Shown here piece after piece: positions 47,982-58,447 of a stretch of 64,000 nt of DNA. A program made the translations under genes and the position numbers. Every line of letters starts with the position of its first letter. The stretch's first letter is position 1. The stretch is from a virus: IMG/VR virus record IMGVR_UViG_3300042508_000428; one strand, given 5' to 3'. The notes beneath the pieces were generated by a model. That model saw nothing but the letters and a program-made list of their open reading frames with translations, was not told the origin of the DNA and did not search any database.

Positions 47982-48992
47982 ATGAATGGAAATGATCTAA
48001 TCGAGTTGTTTGAATATGCATATGATTACTGCGAGGACAACGACTATGATCCATCCGTTGATGTTTCACGTTCAAACGATGATGAGATCGGTTTCGATTA
48101 TTCAGATACTCTTGACCACCTGTGGGCAGGATAGATAAACGGAGATAGCGAATGTCTTTCTATACAATGTATGCCCTATGTGTGCTGATTACGACTTGCT
48201 ACGTCGCGATTGATCTATCAGAGAATACGAAGGATTATTCGCAATACAAAGCAAGGGATAAACTCTTTGCCATTTCTGTTCTCGGTCTATTCTGGCCCGT
48301 GCTATTCGTTGGGGTTGTGGTTGGCTTTCTATACAGCGCAATCAAATCATTAAACGGAGGTGTCAAATGATCGCATGGATGCGCCGTCATATCGAACAAT
48401 ACAAGTTCCTTGCGGAAGCAAGAGGACAGCATTACGATCGTTTGTATATTGATCAGAATGGTAAGCTATGTCGCGAACATCTATTCGTGGAAGAAGAAGG
48501 GTGGAACGACGACCAGTATCCCTATGACATTGATGACGATGAAGAATGGGACTACTCCGATGAAATGGAAGACGGAAGCCTATAACGAATAGATGAACCA
48601 TAACAACCAATCGGGAGGAATAAACATGGCACTGGAAGATAAGAAGAGTTTGTATTTGATCCTTGACCTAGCACGTTACCTTGCGGATAGAGAAAGAGCA
48701 AACACTAGAATGAATGAGGGTGAGTTTTCAATGGCAGAGAACATTGCAAGACACACACTCAATCTACTGAGGGAGGAACAATCGCATGACTAGGAACGAA
48801 CTCATTCTCATTATCGGTCTCAGCATTGTTGTATTCATTCCCATGGGATGGATGGCATACCACATGCACAAACTAAACCAGTGGGTAGAGAAAGTAGATA
48901 AGCAATCAGTCCTGCTGGATAAACGAGTAACCTATCCCTATCCAAAGACACCAGAACCACCTAGACCAAAGAAGAAGTCAGAGGGTAAGTAA
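47982..48992 (+). other. Five small early ORFs (47982-48134, 48152-48370 membrane, 48367-48585, 48593-48793, 48786-48992 membrane)
   Basis: RBS-preceded, coupled ORFs. Confidence 0.6.
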
Positions 48993-49791
48993 ATGGTGTT
49001 AGATAGATTGCACTATCACATACATTCACACATGGTATACGAATAGGTAATCAGTAGATAGCAGGGGAGATAGAGAAGCCTAAACGATGCTGTTAAATAA
49101 TCGTGGTAGGAGAGAATAGATAATGGGCAGGAAATGGATGACCAGTGAACCAGCCAAATACACTATCCCGACCTGTTGACAACCATCGTTAAATGCGTTA
49201 TTATGCATGTGGTACTGCTCCCCTGCTGGATTACATAGCAACACTCCTCTACCACGGGTAGGTGAACAGCATAGGCGGAGGCACCCAAACAGTGGGTATG
49301 GACTAGACCCCTGGATCTGTATTATCAAGCATGACCCCTCCGCCATAGGGTATCACACTTCATCTATTCAGTCAAGGGTAGATTATGGGTGGACAACGAT
49401 TACGTTTCTTTCTAACACCCAGCGAAAGTTGAATACCTCAGGGCACAACGCATTATATAACAAACGGTTAAGGTTGTCAACCAAACGTGTGATAAGGTTC
49501 TATCAGCGCCTAGCGAAATGTTAATCAACCCTGTTTAAACATTGCAGACCAGCATAAGGAATATTCATTTCGATTAAATGATTAATGAATAAACGTTTAA
49601 CAGCAAAGCATTGCAGCAAAGTCAAACATCGTTCAGGGCACAAACAATGCCCCCTCCCCCTCCCCCTTCTAAACCGAATGGAAACCGGAATTTATGTTTC
49701 AAGGCGCAGTATCGCGAATAAACGGTTTGCTTGACCCTCTTTCAACGCGCCTATAATTTTCCCAGATTTGAACTTTTTTGTCAAGTCTCAC

Positions 49792-49799
49792 ACTATTTA
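49792..49799 (+). promoter_or_regulatory. ACTATTTA putative late promoter element (further copies at 50951, 51656, 55540, 58057, 62332)
   Basis: Intergenic copies upstream of late-type genes. Confidence 0.65.
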
Positions 49800-49803
49800 A
49801 TCT

Positions 49804-50421
49804 ATGATGAAATCATTATTAACAGAGTGGCGTAATTTTATTCTCAAAGAGAATTGGATTCGAATCAAAGAAGAACCAGAAACAAGAGACTCAGATCTTT
49901 CTCCTACAACTTGTGCTTATAAGGGTCAAAAAGGAACTTGCATGAAGTTCCTTCAAAAGAAGAATGGTAAGAAAATTGTTGTAACAATGTTTGAACCAGA
50001 TCCTAAACAAGCAAGTGTTGCAAAACAAGAATCATACTTTAAACCAGAAAATATAAAAAAAGTTTTGGAAATGCTAAATGATTCAAAATCAATTTTTGCA
50101 TATGAACAAGAATCGGGATCTGAAATCTTGGAACCAGAACAATATCTTAAAGAATTAAAAGCAAAGTGTCCAAGAGATCCAAGAACTGCTTATAATTATG
50201 CACAAATTAATAATACTATATTAATTGCTATTAATCAAGAATACAATAAATATAAAAAACAATTTCCAAATCAAGAGTATCCAGATTGGGTGGAACAAAA
50301 TATAAACGTTCTTGAACAAAATCTTATTAAAAAATATGTAGGAGCACCTCAAGAAATTCAGAACATAAATTATTTTAGAAATAATGATGATCTTTGTTTA
50401 ACACTAATTGGACTTAAATAA
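49804..50421 (+). CDS. Hypothetical protein with W-tag (MMKSLLTEWRNFILKE)
   Basis: Shared N-terminal motif. Confidence 0.75.
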   Translation: MMKSLLTEWRNFILKENWIRIKEEPETRDSDLSPTTCAYKGQKGTCMKFLQKKNGKKIVVTMFEPDPKQASVAKQESYFKPENIKKVLEMLNDSKSIFAYEQESGSEILEPEQYLKELKAKCPRDPRTAYNYAQINNTILIAINQEYNKYKKQFPNQEYPDWVEQNINVLEQNLIKKYVGAPQEIQNINYFRNNDDLCLTLIGLK

Positions 50422-50951
50422 TGAAACAAATTTTAACAGAGTGGAGAAAGTATGTCAATGAGGAATTAACGGATGTGGTCGTTCCGGAGGAACAAAAATA
50501 TCCAAGATTTCCAGGATTCGACATAAACAAAGTTGATTTTAAAATTAAGTTTGGAAAGTTAAGAGACTTATTGGTAGATGATAAAAAGATAAAAAAATTA
50601 AGAGTTCCAAGTTGGTCTTTGCAAACAGATGCATATTTAAATCCTGGAGAAAATGATATTGCTGCGGTTGCATATGATGGAGATCGACCTGTTGCAATTG
50701 CTGCTATAACACAGGATAAGTATAGTCCATATGGTTTGATAAATGTATATGTAGATTCTTGGTATCGTGGTCTTGATTTGGCAAGCAAAGTTATTGATAA
50801 AGCATTGGAAAATTCTGGACATTGGAAAAAACTTGTTGCTTCAAGAGTTCCTGTTAAAATGTTAAAAAAGCGCGGTTATGAAACAACCGATAATTATTGT
50901 AATTATGTTGATTGTGAGGTTTTTAGAAACAAGAACTATAAAAAAATATAA
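50421..50951 (+). CDS. GNAT-like acetyltransferase with W-tag
   Basis: INVYVDSWYRGLDLASKVI resembles GNAT motif A. Confidence 0.65.
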   Translation: MKQILTEWRKYVNEELTDVVVPEEQKYPRFPGFDINKVDFKIKFGKLRDLLVDDKKIKKLRVPSWSLQTDAYLNPGENDIAAVAYDGDRPVAIAAITQDKYSPYGLINVYVDSWYRGLDLASKVIDKALENSGHWKKLVASRVPVKMLKKRGYETTDNYCNYVDCEVFRNKNYKKI

Positions 50952-50976
50952 CTATTTATACAAAGAGGTATTTTAA

Positions 50977-51567
50977 ATGAAAGAATTAATTGCTGAGTGG
51001 AGAAAATATATTAACGAGCAAACTGCTCAACAAGCTCCAAGTCAAGATGTCATTGCTAGTGCTCTTGGATATTTGATGACATATGTAAAAGATAATCCAA
51101 ATAAATTATCTTCTATTGAACCAGCAATTAATGAACTTGTTGCTTATAGAACAAATCCCAAATCAGCATTAAGTCAAAAGGTTTCAACAATTGCGTTAAA
51201 TAAAGCAAGGGATACAGCACAACAAGATCCTGAATTGTTTAATTTTTGGAAAGGTTATGGAAACATGGATGTTGCAAAATTCTTGAATTCAATTCGTTCC
51301 AAACCTTCAACACAAGCGCAAGAACAAGCAAAAGATCAACCAGCCTCACAGCCAAAAGTAACTGAATATAGATTTAAAGGCAGGATTGACTCACCAGAAA
51401 TAAAAGTGGACGATGATGGTACTGTAACAGCTACGGTTACAAGTCCAGATGCACCAGGAATAGTTGGTGTTGGCAAGGTGTCTGGTATGAAAAATTTTGG
51501 TCTTGCAAGAGATGCTGCAATTTCAAGAGCAATAACAGATCTTGCGAGAAAAGCGCAGCAACAATAA
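50977..51567 (+). CDS. Hypothetical protein with W-tag (MKELIAEWRKYINE)
   Basis: GAGG RBS, shared motif. Confidence 0.75.
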   Translation: MKELIAEWRKYINEQTAQQAPSQDVIASALGYLMTYVKDNPNKLSSIEPAINELVAYRTNPKSALSQKVSTIALNKARDTAQQDPELFNFWKGYGNMDVAKFLNSIRSKPSTQAQEQAKDQPASQPKVTEYRFKGRIDSPEIKVDDDGTVTATVTSPDAPGIVGVGKVSGMKNFGLARDAAISRAITDLARKAQQQ

Positions 51568-51668
51568 CAAATTTTAATAAACAAATTCAAAAAAAATTTT
51601 TGGAAAAATTTCGCGATTTTGGTCTTTGACTTTTATCCTGTTTCTAGGTTCTTTGACTATTTATTGGT

Positions 51669-52394
51669 ATGATGAAACAATTATTAACAGAATGGCATAA
51701 ACATATTTTAAACGAAGTTAAACCACAAATCAAACCAAAAGTTAAACCACAAGTTAAAACCCCACAGGCTCCAACTCCTGGTAAATTCTCATATACTTAT
51801 AGTCCAAAATTAATTTCCTTTTTAAAATCAAGAGAGGCATTTAAAAGTAGTCCATATCAAAAGAAGGGCGATAGACCAACAATTGGTTATGGGACAACTT
51901 ATTATGTAAAAAATGGTAAAGAAGTTGCTGTTACATTAGATGACAAACCAGTAACAGAGCAACAAGCAAATCAATTAATGCTTGATTATTTAAACCAGAT
52001 TGTTATGCCTAGTTTGAATCGATACCTTAAAGATAAACCATTGACACAAAATCAAATAGATGCTCTTGCCTCTGTTATGTATAATATGGGAAATAAAGGA
52101 TTTTTAGACACAGAATTGTTTACGGTAGCAAGTTTAAATCCAGATGATCCAAAAGTAAAAGATCTTTTTTTATCTGATGAAGTTGCAACTGTTGGAGGAA
52201 AAGTTTCTTTAGGATTAAAAAAGAGAAGAAGAGAAGAATTAAATATGTATTTAATTCCTGGTTCAGGAAATATTAGTAAGGGAACAGTAACTCCTCCAGG
52301 GGAAATTAAACCGATTTCTTCTGCTTCTCCTCAAAAATCTGATCCAAAAGAACCAGAAGAAGATATGTTGTCAAGATTTTTAAGAAAATTTTAA
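51669..52394 (+). CDS. GH24 (T4-type) lysozyme with W-tag
   Basis: REAF...PY....RPTIGYG, QNQIDALAS..YNMG, GL..RR..E. Confidence 0.9.
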   Translation: MMKQLLTEWHKHILNEVKPQIKPKVKPQVKTPQAPTPGKFSYTYSPKLISFLKSREAFKSSPYQKKGDRPTIGYGTTYYVKNGKEVAVTLDDKPVTEQQANQLMLDYLNQIVMPSLNRYLKDKPLTQNQIDALASVMYNMGNKGFLDTELFTVASLNPDDPKVKDLFLSDEVATVGGKVSLGLKKRRREELNMYLIPGSGNISKGTVTPPGEIKPISSASPQKSDPKEPEEDMLSRFLRKF

Positions 52395-52406
52395 TTGGAA
52401 TTTAAT

Positions 52407-54632
52407 ATGAAAAAGAAAAGTCTTTATCAAAAATTATTGGAAGCAATCGATAATCAATTAAATGAGATTACTCGTGAAAAACTTAGAGGCACAAAATTAC
52501 AAACTTATATTTCTAAAAAAGAAGATGTAACAACTCAATTAAATCACATATTTGAAGGGCAAAATCGTATATTAATTCCTTTTAATACGGGAACGAATTA
52601 TACAGGCAGAGATGCCGAAATGATTGAATATATCAATATGTTAAGGAACGAAGGTTGGACAATCGATTTTAATGAACCATTTGGTTATGCCACAAAAATT
52701 GTTAAATCTGAATATGGTGGCAAAACATTTGAAACAAAAAGAAAAGAACGACTTGGTCCTTTGTTCGCCAAAATGGGCAGAGAAGCAAGTGAGTTTTGGC
52801 AAAAACATAATAAGTTTTATACAACAAAAGAGAATGAATTTTATTTTAATAAAAAATATACAATTATAATTTCTAGAGTTCCAATGGATATTTTAAGAAT
52901 GTCTGATCATGATGGTTGGAGTTCTTGTCACGGAACACACGGTAGTTATTTTAAGTGTGCTGTCTCAGAAGCGGTTGATGGCGGAGCAATTGCATACGTT
53001 GTTAATAACGATGATGTTCAAGGACTTGATTTAACAAAAGCAGAAATATTTGCCGACTGGGAAAGACAAGTTTCTGGTATCAAGCCTCTATCAAGATTAA
53101 GAATCAGAAGATTTGTTGGAACTGATAAATATCAAGGAATTGAACTAGGAATACCAGAGCAAAGAGTTTATGGACAATCTTTTGAAGGTTTCTACGAAGC
53201 AATTGCTAGTTTTGTTCAACAAAAACAAACTGATATGACATCGAAACTTAAAGATGTTGTAAGCAAATCAAGAGATCCTGTTGTAAGATTGGATTATTTT
53301 TTTCTAACCGGAGGATCATATCAAGATCATCCAGGAAGAGAATTGTTTGAAGAGTTTTATGGAAATGAATTTAAGTTTAAATATGAGACAAGTTATAGAG
53401 CATCTACATCAGAAAGGGAAGAAGTAGAAGGAAGAGTTGCAGAAATAGTAGAAAATTTTAATAATCAAAGCAAACATGCTTCTCTATCTGCCGATGTTGA
53501 TGTTGGAGAAGAAGAAATTATAGTTAATGCAACTGCAAGATTTGTAATTGATTTTAACGAAGCAGTTGATGTTGCCAAAGCAAAAGCAGTTGAAAATTTA
53601 GTACAAGATAAATTAACTAATTTTAAATATATGTTTCGTGGCGACATGAGTGTAGAATATTTTGAAAAAGAACCTGGAAAATATTTTCCAGAATTTAGAT
53701 TTTTAATTGATTTAGATGAGGATTATGAAACCAGCGTAGATGGTTTAGAAATATTTGCTCGCGATTTATTTTATGCTGAAGAAGATTACTCATCGGCTTT
53801 GTTATCTATTAAATCAGCATATATAACTTACGGAGTTATAGAAAATGAATATTTTGAAAAAATAAAAAATTTAAATCTAAATAAACTTGAAAATATTGAA
53901 ATAAAAGACGGAATTATTTTTACAAGATTAAAAGAAATGAGATTTCTAAATGATTTTGAAAAAATAAAAAATGAAATTGTTAATCAACAACCTCAAGAAA
54001 CAAGAGAAAAAATTGATACAACACTTTATGATAGAGATCCTAACATTACCTATGCAATAAGAAGAGATTATTTAGAAGAGGCGATGTTAAACACTGTTTC
54101 TCAAATAAAAGAAAACTTTCTTAGTGGAAATTCATTTACACCAAAACAACCAGATTTATTTTTATCACAAGAAAAAACTGGATCTGATTTACAAGCTGGT
54201 TTAAATAACCTTTCAAAGTTTAATATTAATTTTAACATGGAAATTGGACCAATTGCAGACTATTACATATTTAGATCAATTATTCAATACGATGATGAAG
54301 AAGAGTTAACCGCTGGTCAAGACAGAAATAAAAATAGAGAAGTATTTATTAAATTTTTAACTTATTTAAATAACAATTATGCTCAAATTTTTCAAGCTTT
54401 TAGATCGATTGTTATACAAGCAAACGAAATGAGAAAAGAAAAAATGTTAGAAATCATAGAAAACATGAAATCTTTAAGAGATAAAGGCGGGTATATTCCT
54501 GCAGACTTATCGCAAAGAAGACTTACTCAAACATTAAAAGGTCGCGATGGTCAAGAATATCAAGAATATATTGAAGAAAAGAAAAATAGGTTATTTAAAT
54601 TAGACGGGGCAACTTGGAGAATACTTAAATGA
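52407..54632 (+). CDS. Large hypothetical protein (ISRVPMDILRMSD..SSCH motif)
   Basis: About 740-aa ORF, AT-rich. Confidence 0.75.
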   Translation: MKKKSLYQKLLEAIDNQLNEITREKLRGTKLQTYISKKEDVTTQLNHIFEGQNRILIPFNTGTNYTGRDAEMIEYINMLRNEGWTIDFNEPFGYATKIVKSEYGGKTFETKRKERLGPLFAKMGREASEFWQKHNKFYTTKENEFYFNKKYTIIISRVPMDILRMSDHDGWSSCHGTHGSYFKCAVSEAVDGGAIAYVVNNDDVQGLDLTKAEIFADWERQVSGIKPLSRLRIRRFVGTDKYQGIELGIPEQRVYGQSFEGFYEAIASFVQQKQTDMTSKLKDVVSKSRDPVVRLDYFFLTGGSYQDHPGRELFEEFYGNEFKFKYETSYRASTSEREEVEGRVAEIVENFNNQSKHASLSADVDVGEEEIIVNATARFVIDFNEAVDVAKAKAVENLVQDKLTNFKYMFRGDMSVEYFEKEPGKYFPEFRFLIDLDEDYETSVDGLEIFARDLFYAEEDYSSALLSIKSAYITYGVIENEYFEKIKNLNLNKLENIEIKDGIIFTRLKEMRFLNDFEKIKNEIVNQQPQETREKIDTTLYDRDPNITYAIRRDYLEEAMLNTVSQIKENFLSGNSFTPKQPDLFLSQEKTGSDLQAGLNNLSKFNINFNMEIGPIADYYIFRSIIQYDDEEELTAGQDRNKNREVFIKFLTYLNNNYAQIFQAFRSIVIQANEMRKEKMLEIIENMKSLRDKGGYIPADLSQRRLTQTLKGRDGQEYQEYIEEKKNRLFKLDGATWRILK

Positions 54633-55537
54633 TTAATTGGTATAAATTTTTATTAAACGAAGGAACAAGAAACTTCCTTAATCATAATCTTCGATATATT
54701 TCATTTATATCTCCAGAAAGAGGTAATGCAACTTTATTAAATTTATCAAGATTTTATACTGAAGAAGAATTTATAAATGCATTAAAAGAATCAAATACTA
54801 TAAAAATAATGAGTGAATACCAGATTGATGAACTTTTAGGTAAAGGAGCAATGGGTCTTGCCTTTACATTAAAAGATCCACATGAAAATTATATTTTAAA
54901 ATTTCAAATTCTTGATGAAGATGCTATACATGAAGGCGGAGAAGTTGGAACTGAATACATCACTCATCTTTACAAAAAACAAGAACAAGATGATTTTGAT
55001 CCCAAAGAATTAAGAGTTTTAGATTCTGAAAAAGGATTTGCAACTATAGGAAGCAACGATAAGATATTTATCTCCGCTACAGTTATGGCGAAAGCAGCGC
55101 AAACTGGTATATCTGGTAAAACAGGAAAACCAATGACCACTGATGATGTAATGAATGATATTATTAGAACAAGAATTAAATATATAATTATGAATATTGT
55201 AGATTTGAAACATGCAACACAAGATTTTAGAAAAACAAGTATAACAAAAAAAATAAAAGAAGATACACGTGCATCAGATTATGAAGGAGAAAGAATAGAA
55301 CACCTTTTAAAAATAGGTGATAATAAAAATCTTTTTAGACTTTTGTACAGCATTTTTGATATTAGAAATTTGCTTCGTCAATTATCTGAAAAACAATTTA
55401 TAGGTATTTGTTTACAATTATATAAAATTATGGACGAAGCATTTGTTAAAAACGGTTATCACGTAACACTGGATCTACATAGTGGAAACTTTGGATTCAG
55501 ACCGAATTCAGATATTCCAATCTTCTTCGACATTTAG
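54629..55537 (+). CDS. Protein-kinase-like enzyme with W-tag
   Basis: Gly loop LGKGAMG, Lys in ILKF, catalytic loop DLHSGN, terminal FFDI. Confidence 0.75.
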   Translation: MINWYKFLLNEGTRNFLNHNLRYISFISPERGNATLLNLSRFYTEEEFINALKESNTIKIMSEYQIDELLGKGAMGLAFTLKDPHENYILKFQILDEDAIHEGGEVGTEYITHLYKKQEQDDFDPKELRVLDSEKGFATIGSNDKIFISATVMAKAAQTGISGKTGKPMTTDDVMNDIIRTRIKYIIMNIVDLKHATQDFRKTSITKKIKEDTRASDYEGERIEHLLKIGDNKNLFRLLYSIFDIRNLLRQLSEKQFIGICLQLYKIMDEAFVKNGYHVTLDLHSGNFGFRPNSDIPIFFDI

Positions 55538-55570
55538 AAACTATTTATAATACCAAACGGAGGATAATTT

Positions 55571-56509
55571 ATGCTAATTAAAAGAGGTATGACAGGTCCA
55601 GTGGTTGCATCTTTGCAACAAAACCTAGAAGATCTAGGTTATGAATTGGGCAATGTAGATGGAGCATTTGGTAAGAATACAGAAGCCGCTGTAAAAGATT
55701 TTCAAACAAAGAAAGGTCTTGGTGCAGACGGTGTTGTTGGTCCAAAAACATTACAAGCAATTGATGCTGCTCTAAAAGCTGCTGGTAAAGAAGGCGCAGA
55801 GTTTGATGACCAACCAGAAGAACCCCCCGCAGTTGTTCAAGAAGCTGCTGTAAAGATGGGCTGGGTTACATGCCCCGCCGATAAAGTCGCTGGTAAAGAC
55901 GGTTACGGTTCAACAGTATTAAGAACCGATGCTTCCGTGGTTTATAAGAATCTAAAAGCCGAAGTAAATGCCCTTGGTGGTGTCGTAACCTCTGCTGGTG
56001 GTCGTCGTGCCCTAAGCTCTGGTGCTGGTCCTGCAAGATCAAAGACCTCCATGCATTATACTGGTTTAGCTTTTGATATGTCATTGGCAACTGGTATGCA
56101 AAACTTCGATACAGATCCTTATCTCTGTGTAAGAGTTGAAGGAACTCGTAAATGGACCGTGTGGTGCAAATCACCAAATGCTCCAGAAGTTACACTAGAT
56201 GCCGTTGTTTGTAGAACAAAAGGCGGTAAAACCGTTCTAGAAACAAAGAAGATGACTGTAAAAGCCTTCAATTTCACAGAAGTCGCAGCCAAGCATGGTT
56301 TCGTAAACATTTCAGCAAGAAAGAGTTTCTTTGAGGGTGGAGCCTATGGTGGTGCTGAATGGTGGCATTTCCAATATGACAAAGCCCTAACAAAGAATGT
56401 TTCTAAGTTTGGTGAAGAATTATTAAAAGTTTACTCCTTAAATGAAGCTCAAAAGTTTGTATACTGGAGCGAAGTAAAAGATAACGTTTATGGCGTCAAC
56501 TGGTTCTAA
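55571..56509 (+). CDS. Endolysin: PG-binding domain plus M15-type peptidase
   Basis: LQQNLEDLGY..VDGAFGKNTEAAVKDFQ..GLGADGVVGPKT; SMHYTGLAFD; EWWHFQY. Confidence 0.9.
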   Translation: MLIKRGMTGPVVASLQQNLEDLGYELGNVDGAFGKNTEAAVKDFQTKKGLGADGVVGPKTLQAIDAALKAAGKEGAEFDDQPEEPPAVVQEAAVKMGWVTCPADKVAGKDGYGSTVLRTDASVVYKNLKAEVNALGGVVTSAGGRRALSSGAGPARSKTSMHYTGLAFDMSLATGMQNFDTDPYLCVRVEGTRKWTVWCKSPNAPEVTLDAVVCRTKGGKTVLETKKMTVKAFNFTEVAAKHGFVNISARKSFFEGGAYGGAEWWHFQYDKALTKNVSKFGEELLKVYSLNEAQKFVYWSEVKDNVYGVNWF

Positions 56510-56518
56510 GAGGTATAA

Positions 56519-56932
56519 ATGAAAACTTGGTTAAAAGACAACCTACCCACACTGGCAGTATTTACAATTATTCTAGCTACTTGTCTCTGGTTTAAAAATC
56601 AGTTTGATAAAGATGCGCTTGAAGAAGCACAACATCAACATGTTTTAGAACTAGAAAAACAGAGAAAAGCTTATGATGCTCAAGTAGAACAAATTAATAA
56701 AGTAAATGCTGAAACAATAGCAAAGCAGAAGTTATTGATGGAAGAATACAAAAACCATCTTGACTCTTTACAACTTGAATACGATCAAAAGGTAAAAGAG
56801 TTAGAAGATTTGCGTGTTACAAAGATTCAAGAACTCACAAAGAAAATCAAACAAGACCCAGAAGTTGTTCTCGACAACCTTGCTCACAAGTTTGGTTTTG
56901 AAGTTGTTCCAATAACAGAGGATGTTCCATGA
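56519..56932 (+). CDS. i-spanin-like protein (N-terminal TM plus coiled coil)
   Basis: Position after endolysin and predicted topology. Confidence 0.55.
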   Translation: MKTWLKDNLPTLAVFTIILATCLWFKNQFDKDALEEAQHQHVLELEKQRKAYDAQVEQINKVNAETIAKQKLLMEEYKNHLDSLQLEYDQKVKELEDLRVTKIQELTKKIKQDPEVVLDNLAHKFGFEVVPITEDVP

Positions 56933-57360
56933 ACAAACTAATCGCCATTATTCTATGCTTTATGTTTGCTTCGCCAGCATTTGCTGATGGAAAAGTAGCA
57001 AGTATCAAGGAGGGTCAGAAGGCTCCATTTACCGGTTATCTATTTGACCCTGCTGCATTTGCCACAATAGAAACAGATAAAGAGTTGTTAATAAAGAAGT
57101 GTGAGGCAGACAAAGAGTTCTTAGTAAAGAAGTGTGATGGCGAATGTAAATTCATAAATGATACTTGCAAAAATGAAAAGGAAGCGCTTGAAAAAACCTT
57201 CAAGATTCAACTCGATACAAAGAATAGCGAGATAACAAGATTAAATGAAATAATCAATGGTCACAAGCCAGTCAGCAGAGGTTTGTGGTTTGGAATTGGT
57301 GCCGGAGTTGGTGTTATCGTTACGACTGGACTAGTTATAAGCATAGCAAAGATTTTATAG
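56929..57360 (+). CDS. Signal-peptide protein with C-terminal TM helix, possible spanin partner
   Basis: SPAFA cleavage site; GLWFGIGAGVGVIV tail. Confidence 0.5.
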   Translation: MNKLIAIILCFMFASPAFADGKVASIKEGQKAPFTGYLFDPAAFATIETDKELLIKKCEADKEFLVKKCDGECKFINDTCKNEKEALEKTFKIQLDTKNSEITRLNEIINGHKPVSRGLWFGIGAGVGVIVTTGLVISIAKIL

Positions 57361-57372
57361 GAGATTAAATGA

Positions 57373-57813
57373 ATGTCAATAAAAGATGCATTAGCAAACG
57401 TAATAAAGTCAGAGGGTCAAGTGCAAGTTCCACAAGATAAATCAAACCGTTTCAACATTCTTTTTCAGAGAATGATGAGTGTTAGATGGTACATTACATT
57501 TATCACAATGGTTACATTGCTCGCCATTCTCTGTGGTATCGTTCTTTCCATTATGGTAAAAGCAACAATGGAACAAGAATGGAAAGAGATACTACTTCTA
57601 ATACTTGGTGCCTTCATTGGTTCCTACAATAGAGTCATTGACTTCTGGTTTAATAATTCCCAAAGAGATCAGATAATGCTACAAAAGATTGATGAAGAGG
57701 ACGACCCACCAGGAACTCCAAAATCAGATACATTGTTGGTATCTCCTCCGCAAGATGCTATTGAAGTCAAAATGCCAGAACCAGTTCCAACAAAATCCAA
57801 AGAGGATAAATGA
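57373..57813 (+). CDS. Two-TM holin-like membrane protein
   Basis: Two hydrophobic helices, lysis-cassette position. Confidence 0.5.
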   Translation: MSIKDALANVIKSEGQVQVPQDKSNRFNILFQRMMSVRWYITFITMVTLLAILCGIVLSIMVKATMEQEWKEILLLILGAFIGSYNRVIDFWFNNSQRDQIMLQKIDEEDDPPGTPKSDTLLVSPPQDAIEVKMPEPVPTKSKEDK

Positions 57814-58043
57814 TAGAAAGTGAAGAGGAAGATTACGAATATTTAGACGAGAAACAGGTAAAAAAACTGATTTCTCGTCTTATGTTTGAGATAGAAAAAC
57901 TGAAAGATGAAAACGAATCACTTTGGTTTATGTTGGAAGAATTAGAACAAAGTAATATAGATGGTAATAAAGTAATCAGTGAATCATTAAAAAATTTAAA
58001 ATCTTACAAACAAGCATACAATAAAAAGCCAGCAGAAGCTTAA
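57810..58043 (+). CDS. Small coiled-coil protein
   Basis: Coupled ORF. Confidence 0.6.
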   Translation: MIESEEEDYEYLDEKQVKKLISRLMFEIEKLKDENESLWFMLEELEQSNIDGNKVISESLKNLKSYKQAYNKKPAEA

Positions 58044-58082
58044 TTCTCTCTAAGCGACTATTTAGTTAGAGAGGTTTATTGT

Positions 58083-58442
58083 ATGAATAATATTATTGAT
58101 AAATTAATAGAATACGAACAACAATTCAGAATTCTTCACTGGCAGACTAAGTCTTATGCTCGTCATAACGCATATGGAGACTTTTATTCTACTATGGGTG
58201 ATTTAATCGATCAATTTGTTGAAACCCAAATGGGCAAATATGGTAGAGTAAAAACTGATGGTTCAATCCAAGTTTCAAACATGAATGATGTTCAAATTAA
58301 AGATTATCTTGAAGAAATAGAGCAATTTTTAATTGAAATGAGCGAAGAATATGATTCGACAAAAGATAGTGATCTTTTGAATATTAGAGACGAAATGCTT
58401 GGAGAAGTAAATAAACTCAAATATCTACTAACATTGGATTAA
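58083..58442 (+). CDS. Ferritin/Dps-like four-helix protein (DUF5856-like)
   Basis: LHWQTKSYARHNAYGDFY..IDQFVE; LLNIRDEMLGEVNKLKYLLTL. Confidence 0.75.
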   Translation: MNNIIDKLIEYEQQFRILHWQTKSYARHNAYGDFYSTMGDLIDQFVETQMGKYGRVKTDGSIQVSNMNDVQIKDYLEEIEQFLIEMSEEYDSTKDSDLLNIRDEMLGEVNKLKYLLTLD

Positions 58443-58447
58443 GCAAA

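Noticed and set aside
49080-49524. ORFs in the 49.0-49.7 kb gap
   Set aside because: No RBS, atypical composition and no motifs; region treated as non-coding.
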